From Enoplolaimus lenunculus (taxonomy: Eukaryota), in assembly GCA_030248215.1 (NCBI GenBank), contig JASANG010003345.1:310001-374000 (forward strand): a stretch of 64,000 nucleotides of DNA. The letters run 5' to 3'. A model generated the notes under the pieces. That model saw nothing but the letters and a program-made list of their open reading frames with translations. It searched no databases and was not told the origin of the DNA. Of this stretch, positions 27,079 through 40,400 are shown in pieces. Within the stretch, counting starts at the first letter, position 1. Each line of letters starts with the position of its first letter. Position numbers and translations under genes: made by a program.

Positions 27079-28844
27079 GACCTGTAGTTATTAATCAATT
27101 TATAGTTGACAAATTGTGAAGTGCTTCTAAAAATGTTGTCGGGTTTGGCCTCAGTGTGTGCTCTCGGAATTCCTCAAACAACTAGCTATGTCGTTTATCT
27201 TGGTGTACAAACCCCCTCCCGTCTCAGTCTTGTTCTCAGCTAATTTCACTTATGTCATTGACGTGCATTATTACCTATATTTCATATTGTTTTCAGGTAC
27301 CAAAACCATATTTTCCTACCAAACTCTACGCGCTCAGTTCAATGCGCTATCCGATTTCTGCAAATTCTTCCCTTTTTGACCCTCTTGTGCCAATTCCAAC
27401 ATGACATATTTCTTGTGATCTATTTTTCAGGTGCTCATTCCATTTCGCACCTCCATTCCTGCTAATTCTGCCCCCATTTTTGTCTATTTGCCATGATTCT
27501 GTTTGTGTTATGATTACGGTGATTCTAGAATATTCTTACAGTTTTGCGATAGCTTAGCTAGTACTGGTGCTTGGACGATTTTTGGTTTACACGTAAAACA
27601 TAGCAGTATTTTCATACTCGGAATACATAATTTCTGCCTTGACGGAGGTCCCGTAAGCGGTGTTTGACGGAATTTGCCTATTTTTCGAGTATGCATTGCA
27701 TTTTCCCGAAACTTGTCGTAAAGGTTTTCGGTCGCATGGCCCTCGTTCAGAAGCTACAAGAATCAAAACTAGGGAAAATCAGTAAATTGTTATAAACGGG
27801 TCTAACGGGCTTATGTTCAGTATTTTGTGTTAATTACTTGTTCGCCGCTAGTAAACGGAGAAACCGTGTTGTATAAACCCAGCCATAGCAGTGCGGAAAC
27901 TTGTGTTAAAACTGTTCCAGGATCGACCAGAAAGTAGACCATACCCGCCTTCGGATCAATCAGAAATCCCCGTTTTTGACCGGTACATTCACATAATTTT
28001 AAACTGCTATGACGTGATAGTTTAAAAAGTTGTTTTCGTTGATAAGCTTTGTTCCCCTGATTATAGCCCTATCACTTTTCAGGTAACTATAGCGATTCTT
28101 AAGTACAACATGATGCGCCCTGGCTGTTGCGTGAAGCCCCAGCGTGCACTTTATGTCACACCGATTCTCACCGACAGCGTACCTTTGCACCTAGCTATGT
28201 CGTTTCTTGGCGAGTATTTGCATTTCAATTTCTAGCCGTCAGCCTGTAAACAATATGTATCCTGTGCTTTAGGTTTCTGAAAATAATGCCGAACAAAAAC
28301 TTTACAACATGAACAATATTAATACATATAGGTATATTAAAAGTGTGTTGTCTAAAACTTTAGCGCTGGAATTTATCTATCTCTCAATTTACAAAATTTA
28401 CCATGTTGCACGGTTTATACAACTGTGCAACTTCATATACGTTGGCAAGCCATTTCACTAAATCTTTAGTACTTTGAGCATGAACTTAACCATTACTTGA
28501 GAATGGCTGGTTTACAGAAACATGACTTCACGTTCACACTGAAAAACATCGCAAGCGAACGGAGCGGAAAACCATACGTAATTTTTGTATCTAATGTAAA
28601 TTATGATGCAAGTCTTGTTAATTAAATTTAAGCGCTATTTTATCGCTTTTAATGCTGTAAATACACTATTTAGAATGCCAAGATCCTGAAACAAATTCAG
28701 TAGGTGGAAACATATGATAAATTATGGAGTTTGGCACAAATTGAAAATTTTGCCCATACACACTCGAACAATTTTAGATAAATAAATTAGAATAATATGC
28801 CAATTTTTCTTAAATTTTCAAATGAGAAAAAATTTTCAATACTG

Positions 28845-28948
28845 AAAATACCGGAAAATCCGGTGAAAAAATACCGGATTTTTTACCGGACCGGATAGTG
28901 AAAAATGCCGTATTTCCCTACCGGAACCGGAATTCCGGTTGCACCCTG
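28845..28948. repeat. Terminus of a dispersed hAT-like MITE family (CCGGAA-rich, ends TTCCGGTTGCACCC)
   Basis: The same terminus occurs near 5750, 46380 and 54735, and inverted near 16960, 59750 and 62479. The superfamily call is tentative. Confidence 0.55.
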
Positions 28949-30505
28949 CTAATAGGGACAAAACGTGTCCCTAGCTGCCCCTGTTATAACGTGAACCCCG
29001 CAATAAATTATGTTTTGAGTGTCCTGAAGCCCTGGAAACACATATGTATTGTCGTCTCTCCCTTCGTAAAGAGTAAGGACATTTACCACTATCTAACTAC
29101 ACTGCTGGAGTTGTCTCACATCGCAAAGCAGAATGTGGTTTTATATGCACTGTCAAACGAGGTAGTTGGAAAACTTTTTACACTAGCGCAGGTGTTTTAA
29201 CTCGGCTGATCCATTACAATTCACAACAATTAACTCTTTTAAGTGCACAAAACTTGTGACAATTCGTGTTAAAACACATTCCTTTGACATAATTTAATAC
29301 TCTCGTTAAAATTGACATCCTTCAATTGACAAAATAACTTGTCAAAGTATTATTTTCAGATCACTCTTGGTTTGTTCTCATTAAAGGCATAAGCAAACGA
29401 CGACGTAGAAGTAGATTTGGACAAAGACGCTGTTGATTTCGTCAGAAGAAGTTAGCTAAAAATCAAAATAAGCATGTAAATATTAGATATTTGAACTTTA
29501 AGTATTACGTTTTAAACCTCGATAGTATTTGAAAATAACACCAATTTTCAAAATAATTTTAGAACCGCAAATAATTTGAATCTCAGCTGCATATTGGTCA
29601 AAGCATCAGCAAACCTGGCAGAAGTCGTGAATTTGTTTTGACTAGCATAAATAATAGAGATTTATTATTTTGAAAGCAATTGGTGAAAGTTTGATTGCAG
29701 AAGATTCATATTTGTTTGAAACAATAGCGGCAGCAGAAGCACTTTCTTTCATCCTATCTTTTAACGGCTTTCAGTATTAATACAGGCAAATGTGTTTTGT
29801 CACATTTAGAAATTCAAACTGTGTTAAAACGATGCAGCAGCACGAAGTTGCTTTTATATCAGTTCTGACCTCCAATCGATAGTTTGAAAATCGCATGTAT
29901 TTTAGAGTACTTTATAAATTATAATTGTTACACACAGGACCGCTTGCGATCCTAACGTCAAATTTTGTAACAACAGCTTTTACAAGATAGAGCCCCAATA
30001 TACAAACCATTCCAGGCATCTCGTCGCACGGAATTTGAAAATTACCAACACATTGGTGCTTCGACTAATACTTTGTTAGTTAAAGGTATTTTTGTATGGC
30101 CTAATTTCATACTTTAATACATGAATAAGTTTGCTGATCCTAAGGCAAAAAGTCACTTTTGTACAACTTCTCCCCGGGAGCCGAAAATTTGAAAAATGAC
30201 TGTCACGGGGGTGAGATTTGACAGCAATACCATTAGGTTTTGGTTCTCAGACAAGTTAGCTTATGTTTGGTGCACCCACATCCGTCGAACATCTGTATGA
30301 AAACCAGATCCGTCTGCAGAAGTATTCGTTCGTCGTAGCCGTAATAATATATATCCGCATATTTTCTCAAATAATAGTGTATAAAACACGAGTGAACACA
30401 AAATGAACGGCTGTAAAAATATTTGAAATATACAGTCGCCGAAACAAAACGTGACTCTATTTAGTTTAGCATAAAAATGAACTTATTTCAAGTTCTGTTA
30501 CATTA

Positions 30506-31032
30506 TGGGTCATCCACGTAATACTGTCTACGCTACTGTAAAAAATTGTCCACACACCTGGTTTTAAGGGCGGGACAAAACGACAATGTCCTTAAGCTAT
30601 AAGGACTTCACAGAAGGTGTAACTAGATAGTGGGTTTAGAAAGCAGGTCCTTCGAAGGGACTAAAGACTATGTAGACACTGTCTGGACACAGTCTCTGAC
30701 AATACGAGTTCCTTCGAACAGACCCTGTGTAATTGCAAAGCAAAGCTCCTTCCGACAAACTTTGTGTTATGAAATATGCTGAGTCCCTTCTGACAGACTC
30801 TGGACAAAACAGTTGTCCTTTAAATAACGTATTGACAATTTAGCATGGATATGGACGGCAACGTGACCAAGCATAGGTCGTTTAGAGAGAGTACGAGTTG
30901 TCAGCAGGGTATACACAGGACAGGAGTGACATTTGGACATGTAATTTGGAAACAATAAAATTACAGACTTAGGGGCTCGTACGTGGGGACAATTTTTTAC
31001 AATAGCGTAGACAGTATAACGTGGATGACCCA
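30506..31032. mobile_element. PIF/Harbinger-like MITE with TIRs of about 45 bp and TTA TSD
   Basis: TGGGTCATCCACGTAATACTGTCTACGCTACTGTAAAAAATTGTCC versus GGACAATTTTTTACAATAGCGTAGACAGTATAACGTGGATGACCCA. Shares internal GAGTCCCTTC/GAAGGGACT motifs with 7865-8321. Confidence 0.85.
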
Positions 31033-31482
31033 TTATAAAATATTAGAAATGTGAATCAACAGATTTTAAAACAGCTGGTTGAAATGTAGACTAATATTGC
31101 AAATTAATTGCACAATGAATCATAAATAGGACAACTCAAAATTGTTCATCCTGAAAGACATTATCACCGGTATTATAAACCTTGTCATCCGTCGGCATCT
31201 CCAGGTATTAAAATAATGTTATGCGCTCTACCCCGTTTTTCATGCTAACCACGTCCGGTTCACTGATTAAAGCTATTTATTACTTCGGTTATAACCAGCA
31301 ACTAATGGGACATCATAGTAATAGTCAGATATTCTAGCTGTCTCACTGGGTTAGGAATGAATCATGAAACCCATTGGCTAAAAACGGTTGGAAAAATATT
31401 TTTTACAGTGGTTATTTATTCCAATTAACTCTTTTGAAGGTCTCTTGAATATTTCTATATTGAATTAAACTAATCGTTGAAT

Positions 31483-34400
31483 TTATCTTCGAGTAACGTA
31501 AAATTCGTAAGCAGCTGGATGCACCAAGAGACCAACACGCCTGCCTTCCGGTGGACTTTTCACTCCTTTAGGATTGTGAAACCGAAATAGCCGTATTAAT
31601 CCTCCGGTAAAATGGAACAATTCGACGCGAGCCAGTCCTTCGCCAAGACAAATACGTTTACCTAAAATGATGTAAGTTTAAACCAGACTTACGCGTTTTA
31701 TAAATCTTTTGGTTGCAAGATTATCAGGTATTGAACTGAATCTTCCGGAAAACTGAATAACATCTTTTCTATAAGCTACTGACTGAAAACGGCTACAAAT
31801 ACCTTCTTAATGTTCAAGCGAAGGATACTAAAATCACATATTCTTTTGATCACTTATCAAAAGAAAGTCAGCTGTAGACATCTGCTGAAAAAATGACCGA
31901 GGTATAATTGAATTTGTTGCAGAAAACATTTGTTATGCGCCGAACTCTTCAACTCATGTGAGCAAAGAAGTCAAACATTAAATTACGGTAATTACCTGCA
32001 CTGAACGGCATAAAACTAGGAATTCGGCTATTTACGCTCCCATCTTCGTATAGAAATCTCGCTGGTTTGAACTCAAATGGGTCTGACCACTTTTTGGGAT
32101 CATAATGAACCCGTGCTATGTTTGCATACACCACAGTTCGTTCGGGAAGTTCATATCCCCTGAAACAAAACTATCGCCCTCATATCTTTAAGTCAAGTTC
32201 ATTATGCGCATACACGCTTATTTGGTCGTTGAGTGTTGATTAAAACTAAATTAAATATGAGCTTCTCGGACTCCGATATTTTGCAAACAACTAACGTGAA
32301 AGGCATTTTGTACTATTTAAGCAAGATGTTACGCCAGAATTTGTGAACTAATGGACGGATAGTAAAGTTGTAATAGCAACGCCATTGTAAATCAACTGCG
32401 CAAACTATATTCTCTGGTGCACAAAAAGTTAACTTTCAAGCAAAAATTTTTAGTCCCGACATCGTATCAAGACGCCTTAAATCACATTCATCAAACTTCA
32501 AATTTAGGTATCACTTAATCAGCTCGATCATGACAAAATATAATGTACATAAATTTTCAAAATAAAGATCATAAAGCGGTTCTATAACTGTCTGGTTAAA
32601 GAGAAGGTAGTGAGGAAATTTGCGGTCGCTCCATCCCGCCCAGGCTTTTGAAATTTTTTCTACATACATCAACGGGTAACATGAAAATCCCGTCGCCACC
32701 TGCTCTATGAAAATATCAATTAACAAAAGTTAACTGCACTTCGGCAAATTCTATGTTGATTTCCATATTTCAATGCATTTACGGATCATCCATGTTAATA
32801 TAATACTCGCTCTAATGTAAAAATTCGTCTAACCACCGCGTAAAAATCAGTATACAAAACAGGGCTGTAACTAGCGTGTTGGAGTCGGACAAAAGCTAAA
32901 AAATGAACCAAAAGAAATAATGTGTTTGTGTTGTTGTTATGTATGTTTGCGATGCTATAAGATATATCTTTACGTCTCCGTTCATGAGTACCATACACTA
33001 TAGCGCTCTCGTAATAAAGTGTTTAAACGATGCCGGGCCTTACAAGCAGACCCAGACGTTTTTTGCTGTATCGCGAGTAGTATATCATAGATGGTCTATT
33101 ACTCTATTTTCTCGAGACTTTTACTTATTCAGTCCATTTTTAACCTCAATTTAACAAGCCGCGGATTAGCAAAGTTTAAACGTTTACTAGTTAAACAAAT
33201 GTATAACTTTACCTGAGTTGTACTGCTTTAGTGGTTGCATGCGGTAAAGAGAGTGGTGCAATACTACTCATTCGTTGAACTTCCATAATGAATGACTCAA
33301 GATGAGGAACTCTGCGACGCTGCTGAAATGAATATAAAAATGGAGCTCTTGTACAGCGTATTCCACTGGTTTTGTCTTAGGCTCAGGCTTAGGCACAGTG
33401 TTAAGTTTCGGAAAACACTTGAATAAGTTTAAGCTATAAGCCTAAACCTTAATTGACGAGGGAATGTACAATAACTTTGACGAAATTTGCATACTGTACT
33501 ATGCAACGTTGGAGTAGAGTTCAATTAAAACGGATAAAGTTCTGGCGGATGTTTTATTAATTTGTCAGACTACATTTGCTTTGTAAACAATTTCTAATAA
33601 TAATGCACAAAATTAGATATCAGTTGGCTGAGTTTGCCAAATTTTTGTCCTACTGCATTTATGACGATTTTCAATAAACCAAACAATATTTGCTTGTAAC
33701 AAGCAGCCCTTGAAATGGTTATGGAGACGAGACATGCACATTCCAATCCTTTAATGATCAGTTTGACACATGAACACTAAAGAGCACTGGCTAGAAAATT
33801 ATGATATACCAGCATTTGGAATGTCTTACCATAGGGAACTTGATAAAGAAATTTTAAGATCTAATAAAAATTTGTTTTACTACACTAAAGCAACTTATTA
33901 CTCATGGCCAAAAAACAACATGCCGAAAAAGGAACTAGTTTGATTTCGTTTAGTCTCATGTTTCCACTTGTCTTTGCGACGAATTAGTAAAATACGGAAT
34001 GAAGATTCCGTATATAAAAAGGACTAAACCACTGAAGACATACCACATACAAAAGAACGTACACAACGCTCGTTGCCTATTCGGCCAATCCCTTTTCCGT
34101 TATGGGGAGAGCAAAGCGGTAAAGTTAGGGATTTATTAAATTATTCAAATTTCAGAGTTGCTCTGTTTTTATTTTACAAAGTTGATGTGTTCAAACCGTC
34201 CACTAATTGCTCATAAACGTGGTGGAATAATTGGTAAGCGCAACACATGCCATACTTTGGCGTCATGCAACTCTTCGCAAGTTGCACTTTAATGGCCAGT
34301 GTTAGCATGAATTCTTGATAAAATAAACGTTAGTAGTAACGGAGCAATTTTAAATATGACTGTTCCTCTTAGTAATAGTTTCACCGCACGAAACCTTCCT

Positions 34401-37400
34401 GCATGAGTCGTTTGAATGATTTTCATCACAACTCAAGAACGCCGAAATAATACCTGCATTTATTAGTGTAACCTTTGATTGCTAACCTCAACAACGTGAA
34501 ATATTAATTTCTCTGTGCTGAGAATGACTACGTGTAACAAGCAGCCCTTGAAACGGTTAGGGAGACGGGATACATCTGTTCGCGTATGAATCTAGACAAC
34601 GTAATCACTGGCGGTTCTACGTTGTATTGAGACGGGTGGGAGACGGGGTCTTTATATTTCTGTAACACTTTGGTGTGAATTTTATAATTTTTTCATTTCT
34701 GCTTCTATGAATCAGCTGTATACAAAACATTGCGGACGGTGGGGTGGCCACAACCTTATGATTACTCTTAGTATTGGCTGTATAGTATACAGTACGCGTG
34801 TGTATACGACTTACCTCTGTAGCCTTCAACGAAAATACAAATCAGTGCTTAATAATTCAGTTATGCAGCTGCGAGCCTTGCGCACAACTGACAGCGCCCA
34901 GTCCAGGGCCTAAACCTAATCCAAAACCTAGTTTAGGCGTTTGGGGTACACGTCCATAAAATAAAAACGTAACAGTAACAAAAGTTAAAATCGTTACGTC
35001 GTAAACCAATGGATCATGCGTTCCAAACGCGTCAACAATTTCGTCATATAATCGATCTTGGTATTCAGGGAACTTCAGCAAAAACCAAATAACCCACTCC
35101 ATTGTTGTTGCAGTTGTATCCGTTCCGGCAAGAAACAATTGATTTATAGTATATATCAAATGCTGATCTGAAAAATTATAATACACAAAATTGATTTTTA
35201 AACAGAAGGAAAACTAAAAATTGGAACTTTAACAAAGCCTCCATCAATGAAGAAGAGGAATCGCAAAAGAAATAGAATTTATTGAAATATTTCAAATTAA
35301 TCTCAAATAATCCGTTCTTGTCTCCAGTGGTTGATTTAGAAATTTCCCACGGGGAACGGGCATAATATATATGCAATTAATAAAATTGTAGCACCGAAGG
35401 TGTCGCTAAGGTTTTTTGGTATACAAGATAAAAAAATTTTGGCACTGAAGGTATCGTGAAGTTTTTTTGAAAGAAATCGACACAGAGAATTTTACAGCAA
35501 CGTAGCAAATCGCATCACAACATCAGGATCGCAACTACGGGGCGATAAGGGGGCGCCATCATACCTGCCGAACTAAAACCTACAAATGGAAGTTAATTAT
35601 ATACCAAACAGATGCGCTGTGTCTCTGTCGCTCTCCGTTTCGTCCATCATCGATTCAAGAAAGTCGCGTGGCGGAGCACCAGGCGTTCGGGACTGCTTAT
35701 GTTCTTCCATTAGCTCTAAAATTTAACTCCATGGTATGAACGAAATAAACGAATTCAATTGTAAAATATAGACTTCCCCTAATAGCTTTAGCCGGACCGT
35801 CTTCACTGTGCTAGTAGATTTTATTCCATAAACAAGCAATCGCAACGACCAGAGTGCATAACTGCTCGCCTGGACAGAATTACAATTTCATGCAGTGTAT
35901 TTGATTCATTACTCAAAGTAAAAATGTTAATACTTTTAGTGCAGTAGAGTGCGGCGAAGCCTTGGCAGAATATAATTAAAATAATGAAGTTTTAAACGAT
36001 AGAAAATGGCTGGCATAAAACGTGCGGGATTCAAGTAAAACTAGAGATGGATTAAAAAAGAAATAACAGTCCGGAACCGAATAACAAACAATGTGATCTC
36101 TAAAGGCGCAAAAATCTCAGTCTCTCGTATTCGGGTAAATAACAAGGGAGGTGACCGCAGGAAAGGTGAAAAAATATCAGTCAGCCCTTCCTATTCGGAT
36201 AACTACACTAGGTGCCAGAGCAATTAATGAAGAATTATTCTACTCGAATATAAAATTGAGCTGACGCATTTACATGCATGTCACCAGGCCTTACCCCATT
36301 TTGATAAGGGTGCACATGTGTAGGGTTGAGTTATTTGGTTGTGGGAAAACTGGGAAACAGACTTGCGAAAAAATGGAAAACATAGACAGCTAGCACACGA
36401 CTACTAGTTAGTAGGTGTGCACGTTATCGATTTACAAATTGTCAAAGTGTCTGCTTTTTAAGAAAACACCAACAAACAATAGCATCACAACAATTCGTCA
36501 CTCGACAACTCGCCGACCAGTAACTTGTGATACGAACACGAGGTGTAGACGGGAACAATTTCTTCACCAGGCGCGCGCCTAACCCATCCTTATTTTTTGT
36601 GGTCATTAAAAATTTGTTAAATATTCCATTGCAGTGTATATTGTTGATAATCATATGAACATGATAGTGTTCATATATATGGTTCGCGCTTCTCAAGTGC
36701 GTGTTTGCATGTTGGTACTCAAGTAATAGCAGACCTATTTCGTTTAAATTTTGTACACTGGTATAATGGTCTGTCGGGAATATCTGTGCCAAAGGATTTG
36801 CCAAAAGAGCGTGGACTTCAGTAGTTACGGTCAAAAAACTCGTTACAGAAAGTGCACGAAATTTTCCATTTTGGTTCAGCACTTTTTTCCCGTTAGCTAT
36901 GTAATTTTACGGTTATAACTTTCACCAGTTTATAGAGCTTGTGGTTGGTTTCTTCCCAACGGTTGGTTTCACCCCAACTGTCGGTTTCACCCCAACGGTT
37001 GGTTTCATCCCAACAGCCGGTTTCACCCCAACGGTTGCTTTCACCCCAACAGTCGGTTTCACCCCAACGGTTGGTTTCACCCCAACAGTCGGTTTCACCC
37101 CAACGGTTGGTTTCACCCCAACTGTCGGTTTCACCCCAACGGTTGGTTTCACCCAACAGTCGGTTTCACCCCAACAGTCGGTTGTTTCACCCCAACGGTT
37201 AGTTTCAGCCCAACGGTTGGTTTCACCCCAACAGTTGGTTTCAACCCAACGGTTGGTTTCACCCCAATGGTTGGTTTCACCCCAACGGTTGGTTTCACCC
37301 CAACGGTTGGTTTCACCCCAACGGTTGGTTTCACCCCAACGGTTGGTTTCACCCCAACGGTTGGTTTCACCCCAACAGTCGGTTTCACCCCAACGGTTGG

Positions 37401-40400
37401 TTTCACCCCAACAGTCGGTTTCACCCTAACGGTTGGTTTCACCCCAACAGTCGGTTTCACCCCAACGGTTGGTTTCACCCCAACAGTCGGTTTCACCCCA
37501 TCGGTTGGTTTCACCCCAACTGTCGGTTTCACCCCAACGGTTGGTTTCACCCCAACGGTTGGTTTCACCCCAACGGTTGGTTTCACCCCAACGAATGGTT
37601 TCACCCCAACGAGTGGTTTCACCCCAACGAGTGGTTTCACCCCAACGGTTGGTTTCACCCCAACGGTTGGTTTCACCCCAACGGTTGGATTCACCCCAAC
37701 GATTAGTTTTACCCCAGCGGTTGGTTTCACCCAACGGTTGGCTTCACCCGCACGGTTGGTTTCACCCCAACGGTTGATTTCACCCCAACGGTTGGTTTCA
37801 GCCCAGCGGTTGGTTTCACCGCAACAGTCGGTTTTACCCCAACGGTTGGTTTCACCACAACAGTCGGTTTCACCCCAACGGTTGGTTTCACCCCAACAGT
37901 CGTTTTCACCCCAACAGTCGGTTTCACCCCAACGGTTGGTTTCAACCCAAAAGTCGGTTTCACCCCAACGGTTGGTTTCACCCCAACGGTTGGTTTCACC
38001 CCAACGATTGGTTTCACCCCAACCGTTGGTTTCACCTCAACGGTTGGTTTCACCCCAACGGTTAGTTTCACCCCAACGGTTGGTTTCACCCCAATGGTTG
38101 GTTTCACCCCAACGGTTAGTTTCACCCCAGCGGTTGGTTTCACCCGCACGGTTGGTTTCATCCCAACGGTTGATTTCACCCCAACGGTTGGTTTCACCCC
38201 AACGGTTGGTTTCACCACAACGGTTGGTTTCACCCCAACGGTTGGTTTCCCCCCGACGGTTGGTTTCACCACAACGGTTGGTTTCACCCCAACAGTTGGT
38301 TTCCCCCCGACGGTTGGTTTCCCCCCAATGGTTGGTTTCACCCCAACGGTTAGTTTCACCCCAACCGTTGGTTTCACCCCACCGGTTGGTTTCACCCCAA
38401 CGGTTGGTTTCACCCCAACGATTAGTTTTACCCCAACGTTTTCATTGTTCAGATTGATGGATTAATCAGCAGCTTGGTAAAGCGGTTCAAACTAGAAAAA
38501 ATTGCTCAGCACTTGAGCAGCATAGAATATGCTTCATATTCCTATTAAAAGGATAGTAACTAGACCAGCACATTCGTTCGATGTAAACCTGGAAAAATAT
38601 TAAGAAACAATGGCGTCCAAAATCATGTTGACTATTAATTCTTCTGAAACATATTGCGGATAGCAAAATTTCTGTAATTTTCTTTTTGTAAATGTTTTGC
38701 TTAAAATGTGTATTGAAGTTTTTTACAAGAACGTACTAAACTCACCTTTGGCTCTCTATTAACATAGTTAATTGAATTTCATAAGAACACTGTATGGCGA
38801 CATAATTGGTGAGTTAGAGTATTGATGACCAATTTTGTTTTAGATACTTTCTCAAACAAGGCGAGTTTACAGGTCTACCGAGTTATTTGTTTCACTGCAT
38901 AGTCACGACTAGAGGCTCAAAATTCTCACCGTATTCTGGCAGCATCGATACATCTGGCAAAAGCAAAGATCGCTATACTTCAGCCATTTCTCTGTAACCC
39001 TGCCATTATCTAAGAAATTTCTTAAAATGCCTAGTAAATCTGCCAAAAACTTTCAACATAAAAATAGATTTGCTCTTCGCAATATGTTTCAGAAGCATTA
39101 ATAGTCAACATGATTTTGGACGCCATTGTTTCTTAATATTTTTCCAGGTTTACATCGAACGAATGTGCTGGTCTAGTTACTATCCTTTTAATAGGAATAT
39201 GAAGCATATTCTATGCTGCTCAATTGCTGAGCAAGTTTTTCTAGTAAAACAAAATTGTTATTCGGTTACGGACTGTTATTTATTTTTAACCCATGCCCCG
39301 TCACCTTTCGTTTCTAATATATTCGGTATTGCAACTATCTGTTGAAATAAAAATTTATTTGCTTTGTGTAAACAGCTTGAGCGATAATGCAAGGCTATAC
39401 TTAGGAACGTACTTTCAAAACTTAAGTACGCTTTAAAGTTTCGAACTCAACCTTATTTTGTCCAGGAGTCATTTATGCACTGCAATTAGGGATAATTGAA
39501 ATTTATGGACTCTAATTAGGGTTCAGAGACTTTATCCGCTTACGGGCTCTTAGCGATACAACTCCTATTAATTGGGACTCAAAATGTGGCCCCCCTCATA
39601 TTACTCCCTTATTAGTCGGGTCACTGCAGTGAGTAACTGGAATTGAGCAACCCGAGGAGAAAAATACCGTTGACGATTGTCAGCAAGTTTTGCCGAAACC
39701 TGGACCAGAGTTCGCAGTGCGACGAACGCAATTTAAATAAAGCACAAATTTCTCACAGTGTTGTCAAAGTATACTTTTTAAGCGTCTCTTTAAGAAATGT
39801 TCATTATTCAAAGTTCAAAAAATTTTCGAAGATAAAGACACAAAGTAGCCTACAACACGGCACACCTTTTCTAAAGTATTAAAATTTGTAACGACTAAAA
39901 TTGTCAAAACCTCTGGCAAAAATTCTACCGGGTACGGAAGTTGATTTCCTCTGCCTGAGAGTCAAATGCAGAACATTGGTTACACCCTGATGCATGAAAA
40001 AGCAAACCGTTATTCCAATATATGCAAGCAAAACAACGCAACACCATGCTAATATAGCTAAACCTAAATGTGTTTGTCGTTTGACACAGAGATACGCGGC
40101 TTGCGTGCAACTCTGATGTGAACTCATGTTAACTTGATAATGCGTCGCCAATCATTACGCTGGCCCATGATACTTTAAGAGGCGTCCACACTGCAAAAAA
40201 CGATGAGTCAAATTGACTCTCTCCGAAATAGGCTCTACGGGACTACACAAACTGAGCCAAATTCGACTCCAATAGAATCAAATTTGACTCGCTAAATTGC
40301 ACGTTTGACTCTGATGGAGTCGAATTTTGACTCAGTTTGTGTAGTCCCGTAGAGCCTATTTCGGAGGGAGTCAATTTGACTCACCATTTTTTGCAGTGCA

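Noticed and set aside
27181..28212. Direct repeat CTAGCTATGTCGTTT near 27182 and 28191 as Helitron 3' ends or LTRs
   Set aside because: The match is only about 20 bp, with no convincing hairpin or TSD.
36943..38438. CRISPR-like array (palindromic repeat, GTTTCA motif)
   Set aside because: Units are head-to-tail with no unique spacers, there are no cas genes, and the context is eukaryotic.
36893..38465. Long repetitive ORFs ([24 protein letters not shown]) up to 396 aa
   Set aside because: They are translations of an 18-bp tandem repeat that is stop-free in several frames on both strands. The array lies in a CYP intron, has frameshifting indels and recurs at 62883-64000.
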